The position numbers were made by a program, and so were the translations under genes. Of a stretch of 64,000 nt of DNA, positions 39,105 to 48,027 are shown in pieces; position 1 is the stretch's first letter, and every line of letters starts with the position of its first letter. The DNA is from an uncultured Pseudobdellovibrionaceae bacterium (GTDB lineage Bacteria; Bdellovibrionota; Bdellovibrionia; Bdellovibrionales; JAGQZY01). The stretch covers positions 68,918-132,917 of the forward strand of contig CAZPOV010000008.1 in the NCBI GenBank assembly GCA_964588335.1, written 5' to 3'. The notes beneath the pieces are model-generated. The model had not been told where the DNA came from. It saw nothing but the letters and a program-made list of their open reading frames with translations, and made no database searches.

Positions 39105-39376
39105 CAAAAAGCGACTCTCCATAGGGCAGATATCGAAAACACAGCCACCCCAATATGACGAGACGCCTTGTCTTTTGCTAGGGAATTCAAGCAAGAACGG
39201 AGTGCCATCAGAAGGTCGCCAGTGGAACCTCGGGGGAGCGTGAAGCGTTCGCGCCAAAGGTGCAACCCCCGCAAGGGCAGGAGGCCCGGGTTCCAATGGC
39301 GATCTTCTGATGGCCCCCGCCCCCGCCGAAGGTCCCAGGGAAAAAGGATAAAAGTCGAGTTTTGTGTCTCATATTT
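39105..39376 (+). ncRNA. Candidate structured non-coding RNA or 5' leader (family unassigned; rod-like fold with a large internal loop)
   Basis: The region is GC-rich and open in several frames on both strands. It has nested helices:
- A 17-bp helix, 39204-39220 with 39298-39314, whose only non-Watson-Crick pair is G.U on the + strand (C.A on the - strand).
- A 10-bp helix, 39224-39234 with 39285-39294.
- A CCC-GCAA-GGG tetraloop hairpin at 39268-39277.
- Outer helices 39178-39184/39333-39339 and 39152-39164/39366-39375. Confidence 0.45.
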
Positions 39377-39433
39377 AAACCTTTTAGCAAAAACACCGAA
39401 TAGCTCTATGAACAAGTTTATGTAGGAGGCAGG

Positions 39434-39712
39434 ATGCTACTGCAAGGTGATTTACAAAAAGTTTTTGATGCTCTTTACCACTTAGGTGTGATTGATCCGG
39501 TTTTAGAAAAAGACTGGCAACAAGAGTTTAAAAAGATAGAGGAAAACCCAATGCCATTGGCAGAGATTCTTGGTGTTGTGAATTCCAATCTCGGTAATTA
39601 CCAAGATTTAATGAACCAGCTCAGCACTTATAACCAAGATCAATTGAGTCATTTGGCTATGGTGGTGGCAAAAGAACTTGTCGGATTTCATACGGCAAAG
39701 GTGATTCACTAA
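39434..39712 (+). CDS. Hypothetical small protein (92 aa, predicted helical)
   Basis: ATG lies 5 nt after GGAGG (39425-39429). First gene of a three-gene operon. No motif recognised. Confidence 0.5.
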   Translation: MLLQGDLQKVFDALYHLGVIDPVLEKDWQQEFKKIEENPMPLAEILGVVNSNLGNYQDLMNQLSTYNQDQLSHLAMVVAKELVGFHTAKVIH

Positions 39713-39722
39713 GGACTGTGCA

Positions 39723-40226
39723 ATGAAAGCTTTAGTATTTGTTTTATTCAGTATGATGTTAACGACTGTCGCTTACGGCGATTGGATGATTGACTTTTCT
39801 CGCCGGCAGCAAGACATGGTCGAGCTGGAAAAACAAAAACAAATTTATAAAGAAGAAAAGAAAAGTGTTCTTGATATGGTGACTGATCGACAAGAGTCTA
39901 TGCAAGACCTAGTTATCATTCATACCCAAGAGGGATATCAACCAAAACGGATTCAGGTGAAGCGTGGTCAACGTTACCGAGTTCATGTCGTCAACGTCGA
40001 TAAAAAACAAAAGAACGTCAGCTTTATGATGGATGCGTTTTCACAGCATCATGGCACTTACTTTGGGGACGAAGTGGTGTTTGAAATTGAACCTCGTAAA
40101 GAGGGACTGTTTGACTTTCAATGCCCTGAAACAAAAGCCAAAGGTCAGATTGTGGTCTACGCTTCCGATGTTCCGATTGAGTCACCCTTAGAAAACATCA
40201 AACTGCGTCGTCCGGCGTCTGAATGA
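39723..40226 (+). CDS. Secreted cupredoxin-like domain protein
   Basis: Signal peptide MKALVFVLFSMMLTTVAYG. The C-terminal beta-sandwich-like segment (YQPKRIQVKRGQRYRVHVVNVD…FDFQCPETKAKGQIVV) resembles EfeO-type cupredoxin-like domains. The assignment is tentative. Confidence 0.45.
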   Translation: MKALVFVLFSMMLTTVAYGDWMIDFSRRQQDMVELEKQKQIYKEEKKSVLDMVTDRQESMQDLVIIHTQEGYQPKRIQVKRGQRYRVHVVNVDKKQKNVSFMMDAFSQHHGTYFGDEVVFEIEPRKEGLFDFQCPETKAKGQIVVYASDVPIESPLENIKLRRPASE

Positions 40227-40234
40227 GGTAATCG

Positions 40235-41362
40235 ATGTCGAGCGGACGCGATGAAGCATTTAAGGACGCCCTCCATAATTATCTTTCTCCTGTTGTAAAA
40301 TACCTAGAGGATGCGGCAGTCACCGAGGTACTTATCAATGGACACGAAGAGGTGTTTGTTGAGACCAAAGGGAAACTCTATAAAACCGATGCGAAGTTCA
40401 GTTCTGAAGATGAATTGTTAGCTGGTATTACAGCGATTGCTAACTATGTCGGACGACGGATCACAACTGAAGATCCGCGTTTGGATGCCCGTTTGCCTGA
40501 CGGCTCAAGAATTCATGCCGTGATTAGGCCCTGTGCTCAATCGGGTCCAACGGTCGCTATTCGAAAGTTCTCACAAGTCGAAGTCGACTTTAAAAAGTAT
40601 ATTGGTTGGGGAGCCATCACTCCTGATGGGGCTCAGTTTTTAGAGCTTTGTATGTATTTGGGGAAGAACATTCTGGTCAGTGGCGGAACCGGGTCTGGTA
40701 AAACCACTCTTCTTGGTCTTCTGTGTGGTCGCATCCCTAACGGTCAACGAGTCATTGTGATCGAGGATGCTTCAGAGTTGACCATTCATTATGAACACGT
40801 GGTGCGATTCGAAACCAAGCAGGCCGATCCGGTAGGTAAGGGAGAGGTGACGATCTATGATCTTCTCAAGTCCAGCTTGCGTTTGCGTCCCGACCGAATC
40901 ATTGTTGGAGAGGTTCGTGGTGCTGAAGCCTTTGAACTGATTCAAGCGATGAATACCGGACACAAGGGCTGTCTGGGAACCATTCACTCCAATTCTGCTG
41001 AAGATGCCTTGGTTCGCCTTGAATCGCTGGCGTTGGGAGCCGGGGGTGTGAGTGAGCGAGCCTTGCAACACTCCATAGGTTCGGCGATTGATTTGGTTTT
41101 ACAAATTTCTCGCTTGCGCGATGGATCTCGAAAGGTGATGAGTATTTCTGAAGTTTTCGGAACCGATGAAAAAGGCAACTACGTCATTAAAGATATTTAC
41201 AATATTCCAAGCTTGAAGTTGCAGCAGGATGGGACTCTTAAAGGCGAACTCCAACCCACCGGTGAGCTTCCCAGTTTTATGAGTGAGATCGAGGAGAATC
41301 GCATCCCCTTCCCACGGTCAAAATTTCTGAATCCTAATAAGCCCAAGAAAAAAGCCTCTTAA
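40235..41362 (+). CDS. Type II/IV secretion-system family ATPase (CpaF/TadA/VirB11-like)
   Basis: Walker A VSGGTGSGKTTLL, Asp box VIVIEDASEL, Walker B PDRIIVGEVRGAEA and His box GHKGCLGTIHSNS. Confidence 0.85.
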   Translation: MSSGRDEAFKDALHNYLSPVVKYLEDAAVTEVLINGHEEVFVETKGKLYKTDAKFSSEDELLAGITAIANYVGRRITTEDPRLDARLPDGSRIHAVIRPCAQSGPTVAIRKFSQVEVDFKKYIGWGAITPDGAQFLELCMYLGKNILVSGGTGSGKTTLLGLLCGRIPNGQRVIVIEDASELTIHYEHVVRFETKQADPVGKGEVTIYDLLKSSLRLRPDRIIVGEVRGAEAFELIQAMNTGHKGCLGTIHSNSAEDALVRLESLALGAGGVSERALQHSIGSAIDLVLQISRLRDGSRKVMSISEVFGTDEKGNYVIKDIYNIPSLKLQQDGTLKGELQPTGELPSFMSEIEENRIPFPRSKFLNPNKPKKKAS

Positions 41363-41415
41363 GGCAAATGTTTACAAAAATTCACAATATTTTAGGTCTT
41401 TCTTTGTCAGCATTA

Positions 41416-41432
41416 GTCATTTGCCGTCATTT
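41416..41432. repeat. Two direct GTCATTT motifs at 10-bp spacing
   Basis: GTCATTTgccGTCATTT. The same hexamer forms the arms of the palindrome at 41543-41561. Confidence 0.6.
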
Positions 41433-41542
41433 ATAAGTTTTCCTAGTTTTTTCGGTGAGATAAGGCTAAGAACTCATTGGTTTTTGTTTAGCAGCTTGTG
41501 AAATTCGACGAACTCGTGGATGGGTGCTTATACCTTAAGCAC

Positions 41543-41561
41543 AATGACTGATTCAGTCATT
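41543..41561. promoter_or_regulatory. Perfect 19-bp palindrome (candidate operator)
   Basis: AATGACTGA-T-TCAGTCATT, 58 nt upstream of the ATG of the kinase-like gene. Confidence 0.4.
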
Positions 41562-41618
41562 GACTCAAGGGTAAAACATTACTTGTTTTATTTACCTATA
41601 GAGCGTTAAACAAAGACC

Positions 41619-43037
41619 ATGCAGGTCAGCTGTAAGGTCTCCTATTCAGTTCTCGTTTATGTTGAGCGTCAAGGCGCGCAATTGGAGCGTTTCTTCGAGC
41701 AATTCGATACGCCGGTGGAGCTGTTTAAAGACCCCTCAAGCAAAGTTGATGTTCCAGAAATGGAGGCTTTTTTAGACTCAGTGGCCGACTTTCTTAATGT
41801 TTCAAACCGAAGTCAGTTTTTTCGAGAAGTGGGGCAAAATAATTTCGAGCTCCGTGCCTGGGGTGTCCTCGATAGTGTTTTAAAAATGGTCGAGTCTCCC
41901 AAAGAAATTTTTGCCCAGCCCGATCGATTTTTATCTTACTTTCTGACTCCTCATCCTGAACTTTCTTTAGAAAAACACAGTGACCATCGACTGACTTTCC
42001 AGTTCTCGAGTCAGCCAGGAGCGGGCAATGTTATGGCGTACTTGATGGGTGCCGTTGAAGGTTTGCCACGCTACATGGGTATGCCGCCAGCTAAAATCAC
42101 TCAGGTTGGTGATCTTTCTTACGATGTGGTTTGGTATGACGACCAAGAAAGTCTTTTTGACGAGCAAGAGAAAAAGCGTCGCCAGTTTCATCCCGAAATT
42201 GTCCACTCTGTGATGCAGAGCTTGCAGGAGCATCAAAGCAATATCACCCAAGCCGCGCCGGTTTCTGGAAGCCCTCAGCACATCGCCAGTGAGGCCTTTG
42301 AAAAAATGGTGGCCGTGGAAGTTGAAAAGCGTCTGGAATCTTGGATAAAAAAACAAGAAGAGTTCGACGAGTCGTTTTATAAAATCAAAAACGATTTCTA
42401 CAAAATGTATGATTACTTCACGCGGGCCCAACAGATTATCACGTTGGTGAGTCCGACGGCTCGTAAAGCATCGGTGCGCGAGGCGATGCGCCGAGTGGAC
42501 TGGGAGTACGTACAAAAAGAATTTCCCAAAATGGTTGAAAGTGCCTGTGACTCAATTTTAGCCATGCAAGATGCTTTTCACATGACTGTTGAGCAAAACA
42601 CTGTCAAAGAATCGGCGGAAGAGGAGCCACGAACTCCAACCAACCTTAATGAATTGATCGACAATGTTTTAGAAGGATTATCTTTTGAAGAAAAATCTTT
42701 GAAGATTGACCGTAACCTGCATTTGGATCGTGAAGTCCTTATCGATCAACCCAGCTTTGCAAAAGCCTTGGGAGAAATCTTTCAAAGCTCAGTGGCCAAT
42801 AGTAACAAAGACGCCGAAGTCAAAGTTGTAACACGATCGACGGGTTCAAAAGTTCAAATTGAAATATCAGACAGTGGCCTTGGTTTTTCCGATGAAAAAC
42901 TAGAAAAAATCTTTGATCAAGAGGCCGATTATAATTTAAAACGAACCCAAGAAATCATAAAGCGTCATCGCGGTCAGATCTCGGTTTCAAGTCGACAGGG
43001 CGAAGGCTCCACATATTTGATCGAGTTCCCCAGCTAA
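41619..43037 (+). CDS. GHKL-ATPase (histidine-kinase-like) sensor protein, soluble, without a recognisable H-box
   Basis: The C-terminal HATPase_c has an N-box (SSVANSNK), G1 (DSGLGF) and G2 ([13 protein letters not shown]). No TM segments. The N-terminal ~170 aa sensor-like domain is of unknown type. Confidence 0.7.
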   Translation: MQVSCKVSYSVLVYVERQGAQLERFFEQFDTPVELFKDPSSKVDVPEMEAFLDSVADFLNVSNRSQFFREVGQNNFELRAWGVLDSVLKMVESPKEIFAQPDRFLSYFLTPHPELSLEKHSDHRLTFQFSSQPGAGNVMAYLMGAVEGLPRYMGMPPAKITQVGDLSYDVVWYDDQESLFDEQEKKRRQFHPEIVHSVMQSLQEHQSNITQAAPVSGSPQHIASEAFEKMVAVEVEKRLESWIKKQEEFDESFYKIKNDFYKMYDYFTRAQQIITLVSPTARKASVREAMRRVDWEYVQKEFPKMVESACDSILAMQDAFHMTVEQNTVKESAEEEPRTPTNLNELIDNVLEGLSFEEKSLKIDRNLHLDREVLIDQPSFAKALGEIFQSSVANSNKDAEVKVVTRSTGSKVQIEISDSGLGFSDEKLEKIFDQEADYNLKRTQEIIKRHRGQISVSSRQGEGSTYLIEFPS

Positions 43038-43047
43038 GGAGTCTCTG

Positions 43048-44313
43048 ATGTCCAATCTCAGTAATATTCAAGCAAGAGAAATTCTCGACAGCCGCGGTTT
43101 TCCGACTGTCGAGGTTGAAGTTAAAACTCAGTCGGGAGCCTGGGCGCGAGCGGCTGTGCCTTCGGGCGCTTCCACCGGGGCTCATGAAGCCTGCGAGCTT
43201 CGCGATGGCGACGCCTCACGCTTCCTTGGTAAGGGCGTTTCACAAGCCGTGAAAAACGTCAATACAACCATCAAGCAGAAGCTCAACGGTATGGACGTGC
43301 AAGAGTGGCAGAAAATTGATCAAGCCTTGATTGATCTTGATGGGACTAAAAATAAAACCGCATTAGGGGCCAATGCCATCTTGGGTGTGTCTTTGGCTTG
43401 CGCCAAAGCCGCCGCGGTTGAACAGGAGAAACCATTCTATCGTTGGCTTGGGGGAGATTCAGCCGTTCAGTTACCAATTCCTTTGATGAATGTTCTGAAT
43501 GGTGGAGCCCACGCGGACAATGGATTGGATGTGCAAGAATTCATGGTTGTGCCTCGACTGGACACCTTTCGACAGTCGCTTCAGGCGGGCAGCGAAATTT
43601 TTCATACATTAAAAAAACTGCTTTCTGAAAACGGCCTTACGGTTGCTGTTGGAGATGAGGGTGGTTTTGCGCCGAAACTGAAAACCAATGAAGAGGCTTT
43701 GGATTACTTGTGCCGAGCGGTTGAAAAAGCCGGCTACCAGTTGGGATCCAACGTTTATATCGCTTTGGATGTGGCAGCCACAGAATTTTTCAAAGATGGC
43801 ACCTACCTGTGGGAAGGGTCGAAAAAATCAGCCGGGGATATCGCAAAAATCTATGAGTCTTGGAAAGAAAAGGCACCTTTGATCTCTATTGAAGATGGCT
43901 TGGCGGAAGATGACTGGGACGGTTGGGCGCATCTGACTCAAGAGTTGGGAGCCACCACCCAATTGGTGGGGGACGATTTATTTGTCACCAATTATGAGCG
44001 ATTAAAAACCGGTGTAGAAAAGAAGTGCGCCAATGCCTTGCTTGTGAAGGTCAATCAGATCGGAAGTCTAAGTGAAACTCAAAAAGCTGTGAACTTTGCT
44101 CAAGAATCAGGATTTCAGACTGTGATGTCCCATCGGAGTGGAGAAACTGAAGACACAACCATCGCCGACTTGGCTGTGGCGATGAAGTGTTCGCAAATCA
44201 AAACCGGAAGCCTTTGCCGCAGTGAACGAATCGCCAAATACAATCAGCTTTTGCGTATCGAAGAAGAGTTGGGGGATAAAGCCCAATTTGCTAAACTTGA
44301 TCTTATGAATTAA
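43048..44313 (+). CDS. eno: Enolase (phosphopyruvate hydratase)
   Basis: Motifs [40 protein letters not shown] and [17 protein letters not shown]. Confidence 0.97.
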   Translation: MSNLSNIQAREILDSRGFPTVEVEVKTQSGAWARAAVPSGASTGAHEACELRDGDASRFLGKGVSQAVKNVNTTIKQKLNGMDVQEWQKIDQALIDLDGTKNKTALGANAILGVSLACAKAAAVEQEKPFYRWLGGDSAVQLPIPLMNVLNGGAHADNGLDVQEFMVVPRLDTFRQSLQAGSEIFHTLKKLLSENGLTVAVGDEGGFAPKLKTNEEALDYLCRAVEKAGYQLGSNVYIALDVAATEFFKDGTYLWEGSKKSAGDIAKIYESWKEKAPLISIEDGLAEDDWDGWAHLTQELGATTQLVGDDLFVTNYERLKTGVEKKCANALLVKVNQIGSLSETQKAVNFAQESGFQTVMSHRSGETEDTTIADLAVAMKCSQIKTGSLCRSERIAKYNQLLRIEEELGDKAQFAKLDLMN

Positions 44314-44474
44314 GCCGGCGAGGGGCTCATGATCAACGGGAGCCCTTCTTCCTGCGAACCCCTTAAAAGCCATCGCTGAGCCTCGTTTGGAAATATGAAA
44401 AATTTAATGGTTTGTAAGACTAGACCTTGGCGGGGAAGTGTTGAGAAAAACATTTCTTCTGATTAAGATAAGGT

Positions 44475-44774
44475 ATGTTTTCACGTTGGCGTGTTTTTTT
44501 TCACAGATTGCTTCATAGCCCGATGCGGGTGTTCTTGTTTGGTGTTCTCCTAACATTTGTGATGCTGATCTTCGATGGTAGCCTTTGGCGTTATTGGAGC
44601 CTGCAGCGCGGGCAAGAGGACATGCAAGATCGGATGACGGATTTGGAGGAAAAGGCTCGAAAGCTGGAATTTCAAATCCATCAGGCTGAAAAACTCACCT
44701 ACATCGAGCGTCAGGCAACCGATCAGTTTGATTACGTCCGCGAGGGCGATCTTATTTTCGTATTTTCCGAATAA
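44475..44774 (+). CDS. ftsB: Septum formation initiator (FtsB/DivIC family)
   Basis: 99 aa with an N-terminal TM helix, a coiled coil and a C-terminal YIERQATDQFDYVREGDLIF. The conserved eno-ftsB synteny is present. Confidence 0.7.
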   Translation: MFSRWRVFFHRLLHSPMRVFLFGVLLTFVMLIFDGSLWRYWSLQRGQEDMQDRMTDLEEKARKLEFQIHQAEKLTYIERQATDQFDYVREGDLIFVFSE

Positions 44775-44885
44775 TCCTTGTTCTCAAAAGTTTATTTTCA
44801 ACCTCTCTTGTTCTAGGGCGGTGCACTTGTATTGGCTCCGACCCAACATCATGCTAATTCAGTAAGACAGTCGAGAGGAAAACCT

Positions 44886-47405
44886 ATGAAAAAGCTTTAT
44901 TTAGTTGATGTGAGTTCCATGTTTTTTCGAGCCTTCTATGCCGTTCGAATGCTGAACAATTCAGCGGGAATGCCAACCAATGCAATTTATGGTTTTTTGT
45001 CGATGTCTGTGAAGCTTTTGAAAGATGTGCAACCGGATTATATGGTGTACTGCTACGATCAGCCGAAGCCCTCTTTTCGCAAAGACCTTTATGAGGACTA
45101 CAAAGCCAATCGTAGCGAAACTCCCGAAGAGCTAGTGCCGCAGATTCCCTATATTCACAAGCTGACAGAGCTTATGGGGATTCCTGGCATCGGCAAAGAA
45201 AACTACGAGGCTGACGACGTTATTGGCTCATTGGTTAAATATGGCCTCGATAATAAACTTGAAGTGGTCATTGTTAGTGGTGATAAAGATTTTGCCCAGC
45301 TTATCAATGATAAAGTGATCCTGTATGACACCATGAAAGACGTTAAATATGATGTTCAAGGTGTGATCGACAAATGGGGCGTTCATCCCGACCAGTTCAT
45401 CGATTATTTGGCGATCTGCGGAGACTCGTCGGATAACATTCCAGGCGTTAAGGGGATTGGTCCAAAGGGCGCGCAAAAGCTCCTGAGCCAATTCGAAACT
45501 TTGGATGGAATTTACGAAAATATTGAAAGTGTTCGAACACCGTCGCATGTGAAGAAGTTAAAAGAATTCAAAGAAGAGGCCTACCTATCAAAACAATTGG
45601 TGGAGATTGTGCAAGATCTTGACTTGGTGAAGGATCTTAACGACATCAGTCTTAAACCAATCAACACCGAAAAGTTGGCTGAAGTTCTTGATGAGTTGGA
45701 GTTCAGCTCTTTTAAGAAGAACCTTTTGGGAGCTTCTACCGGAAGCCAAAAGTCTTCAGCCAAAGCTGTTGAGAAACGCAAAAAGAGTTTAACTGTCAGA
45801 AACTGCGATGCTCTGGAACTGAACGACTGGCTGAGTGACCGCGATGAGATCATGGTGTGGAAAGACTCGCGCATCTTTTTTGTGGTTAAGGGCAATGAAT
45901 GCTGTGTGGTTGAAGATGAATTTCATAAGATTGGTGAAATCTTAAATGGAAAAAATCTGAAGTGGCAAGGCTTTGATGTGAAAAGTGTATGGCGTGATTT
46001 GGGAATCACCCATGGTGAAGTAACGGCCGACCTGATGCTTTCCGCATACTTATTAAAAGCGGGCTCTATAAAAAACCTAAACGAGGTGTATCAGCAGTAC
46101 GTGGGTAACACTCTTCCAGACTTTCCCGAGCCGGTGGACATCGTTGCGGCTCTAGAAGAGACGCGAGACATTGTCATCGACAAGCTCAAGGAACAGAAAA
46201 TGCTTCCTATATTGCAGACAGTGGATTTGCCACTGGTGGAAGTATTAGCGTCGATGGAAGCCAAAGGCGTCTGTCTGGACACGAAATTATTGGCCAAAGA
46301 ATCAAAAGCTTTAGAAAAAGAAATCGCGGCTCTAGAAAAAGAAATCAAAGAAATTTCGGGTGAAGAATTTAACGTCGCCAGTCCCAAACAGCTGTCGGTT
46401 ATCTTGTTCGATAAAATGGGACTCACAAAAGGTAAAAAAACAAAAACAGGATATTCGACAGCCACTGATGTTTTAGAAAAATTAATTGATGAAAGTCCAA
46501 TTGCTCAGAAGATTTTAGACTATCGAGAGTTATCAAAATTAAAGTCCACTTACGTTGATGCTTTGCCTGAATTGGTGAATGAAAAAACGGAAAGAGTGCA
46601 CACGGTTTTTAATCAAGCCCTAACCACCACTGGCCGCCTTTCAAGCAACCATCCCAATTTACAAAATATTCCGATCCGTACTGAACGCGGCAAGCAAGTG
46701 CGCGAGGCGTTTGTGGTTCCAAAGGGTTATAAAATGCTTTCGGCTGACTACAGCCAGATTGAATTGCGCGTCCTAGCCCACATCACAAAAGATCCCGGAT
46801 TGCTGGAGGCTTTTAATAATGATCGAGATATCCACTCTTGGACGGCCAGTGAAATTTTCGATACACCTCTTGATAAGGTGGATTCCGGACAGCGGCGCAT
46901 GGCGAAGGCGGTCAATTTTGGGATCGCCTACGGGCAAGGGGTTTACGGCTTGGCTGAGACCTTACAAATTCCGCGTAAAGAATCCAAAGAAATTATCGAA
47001 AACTACTTTCAAAAGTTTTCTGGGGTAAAGACCTATATGGATGAAATTGTGGAGAAGGCCAAAGATCAGGGTTACGTTGAGACTCTTTTTGGCCGACGCC
47101 GGTATCTTCCAGAGCTTAAATCGAAGAATCCCATGCAGCGAAGTTTTGGTGAACGGGCGGCGATCAATGCCCCGATTCAAGGAACAGCCAGCGACCTTGT
47201 TAAAATGGCTATGTTAGAACTTTACGAAGACTACCCCAGCGATATGCTGCTACAGGTTCATGATGAATTGATTTTTGAACTTCCGGAAAAAGGTATCGAA
47301 GACTCTGCCGCTAAGATCAAAGAAGTGATGGAGAACAACGTGAAACTTGAAGTGAAGTTGAAGGTGAACGTTGAATGGGGCGATAATTGGTCTGAGGCCC
47401 ATTAA
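44886..47405 (+). CDS. polA: DNA polymerase I
   Basis: 5' nuclease region (LVDVSSMFFRAFYA, GDKDFAQL, GDSSDNIPGVKGIGPKGA). Pol motifs A (LSADYSQIELRVLAH), B (RRMAKAVNFGIAYG) and C (QVHDELIFE). ATG at 44886 follows GAGAGGAAA. Confidence 0.95.
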   Translation: MKKLYLVDVSSMFFRAFYAVRMLNNSAGMPTNAIYGFLSMSVKLLKDVQPDYMVYCYDQPKPSFRKDLYEDYKANRSETPEELVPQIPYIHKLTELMGIPGIGKENYEADDVIGSLVKYGLDNKLEVVIVSGDKDFAQLINDKVILYDTMKDVKYDVQGVIDKWGVHPDQFIDYLAICGDSSDNIPGVKGIGPKGAQKLLSQFETLDGIYENIESVRTPSHVKKLKEFKEEAYLSKQLVEIVQDLDLVKDLNDISLKPINTEKLAEVLDELEFSSFKKNLLGASTGSQKSSAKAVEKRKKSLTVRNCDALELNDWLSDRDEIMVWKDSRIFFVVKGNECCVVEDEFHKIGEILNGKNLKWQGFDVKSVWRDLGITHGEVTADLMLSAYLLKAGSIKNLNEVYQQYVGNTLPDFPEPVDIVAALEETRDIVIDKLKEQKMLPILQTVDLPLVEVLASMEAKGVCLDTKLLAKESKALEKEIAALEKEIKEISGEEFNVASPKQLSVILFDKMGLTKGKKTKTGYSTATDVLEKLIDESPIAQKILDYRELSKLKSTYVDALPELVNEKTERVHTVFNQALTTTGRLSSNHPNLQNIPIRTERGKQVREAFVVPKGYKMLSADYSQIELRVLAHITKDPGLLEAFNNDRDIHSWTASEIFDTPLDKVDSGQRRMAKAVNFGIAYGQGVYGLAETLQIPRKESKEIIENYFQKFSGVKTYMDEIVEKAKDQGYVETLFGRRRYLPELKSKNPMQRSFGERAAINAPIQGTASDLVKMAMLELYEDYPSDMLLQVHDELIFELPEKGIEDSAAKIKEVMENNVKLEVKLKVNVEWGDNWSEAH

Positions 47406-47461
47406 TCGATGTCTAAAAACCTTTGCCTCTGTTGAAGCGAAAAAAACATCAATAGGAGTTG

Positions 47462-47863
47462 TTAAAACCGCATCGACTTGCAAGTGTCGATCAGGTCGGC
47501 GCTGAAGAAGTCTTCGCCAGAATCATCGGTGCAGTTGACTTCAAAACCCCAGGTGGCTTCTTCAATCAAGGCACACAAAATAATTTGCTCGTGTCGTTTT
47601 TCTTCAGCATCAAGAATTTGGTAGATGGACTCTGTGTTGGAAAGATAGGTTCGAGCCGATTGGTGAGAGGCTCTTAAATTTCTTTTGTCTTTCGCGTTCA
47701 ATAATGAAAGGTCGTACTCTTGGTTGACCTGTTCCCAGGAAAGACAGCCTAAATCAAAGGTGTCGTGATTTCCGGCAGATGCCAGTGCTCCAGAAAAATT
47801 CAATATTAAAGATAAAAATAGAACCCGTTTCACCCATCCACCTGCGCCAATAATGTCACTCAT
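47462..47863 (-). CDS. Hypothetical secreted protein (4 Cys)
   Basis: ATG at 47863 gives the signal peptide MSDIIGAGGWVKRVLFLSLILNFSGALASA. The longer ORF to 48010 is discounted. Confidence 0.45.
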   Translation of the reverse strand: MSDIIGAGGWVKRVLFLSLILNFSGALASAGNHDTFDLGCLSWEQVNQEYDLSLLNAKDKRNLRASHQSARTYLSNTESIYQILDAEEKRHEQIILCALIEEATWGFEVNCTDDSGEDFFSADLIDTCKSMRF

Positions 47864-48027
47864 ATTGCAAAAGATACATTCGTTCCGCTCCAATTGATAG
47901 GGGTTTTCAGTTTTCTTAAAAAGATTACATACCCGAGCGGCCGTTTTTTTGGTTTTGGCCTCGGCTGGCCAAAATCCCCGCCAGCCGGGCCTCTGGCACA
48001 GTTCTTCCAATAGGAAAGGTCGAGGTA

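Noticed and set aside
39112-39133. CUCCAUAGGGCAG, a stretch I recall from bacterial RNase P RNA (just 3' of the P4 GGAAAGUCC element)
   Set aside because: There is no GAGGAAAGUCC, no P8/P9 region, no GGUAAGAGC or ACAGAAnCCGGCUUA elements, and no partner strand (CUGCYY) for the helix. I treat the match as a chance similarity.
39285-39300. CCCGGGTTCCAATGG resembling a tRNA/tmRNA T-arm
   Set aside because: No acceptor stem, no CCA context, no D-arm or anticodon-arm geometry, and no tmRNA tag ORF. The segment is simply the 3' strand of a long helix.
39315-39350. CCGAAGG…CAGGGAAAAAGGA resembling the glycine-riboswitch core, and UGGAACCUCGGGGGAGC resembling part of the ZTP (pfl) motif
   Set aside because: The remaining conserved elements and helices of those aptamers are absent or in the wrong order. 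The downstream genes are unrelated to glycine or purine metabolism.
39093-39425. Four overlapping ORFs (62-103 aa) on both strands over the GC-rich segment
   Set aside because: They overlap each other in different frames and strands. Their products are Arg/Pro/Gly-rich nonsense-like peptides with no RBS. The DNA folds into long nested helices instead, so I interpret it as non-coding structured RNA.
47994-48009. Sigma-54-like TGGCAC-agttc-TTCCA upstream of the 48028 gene
   Set aside because: The critical -12 GC is replaced by CC. The predicted start would leave almost no leader before the ATG.
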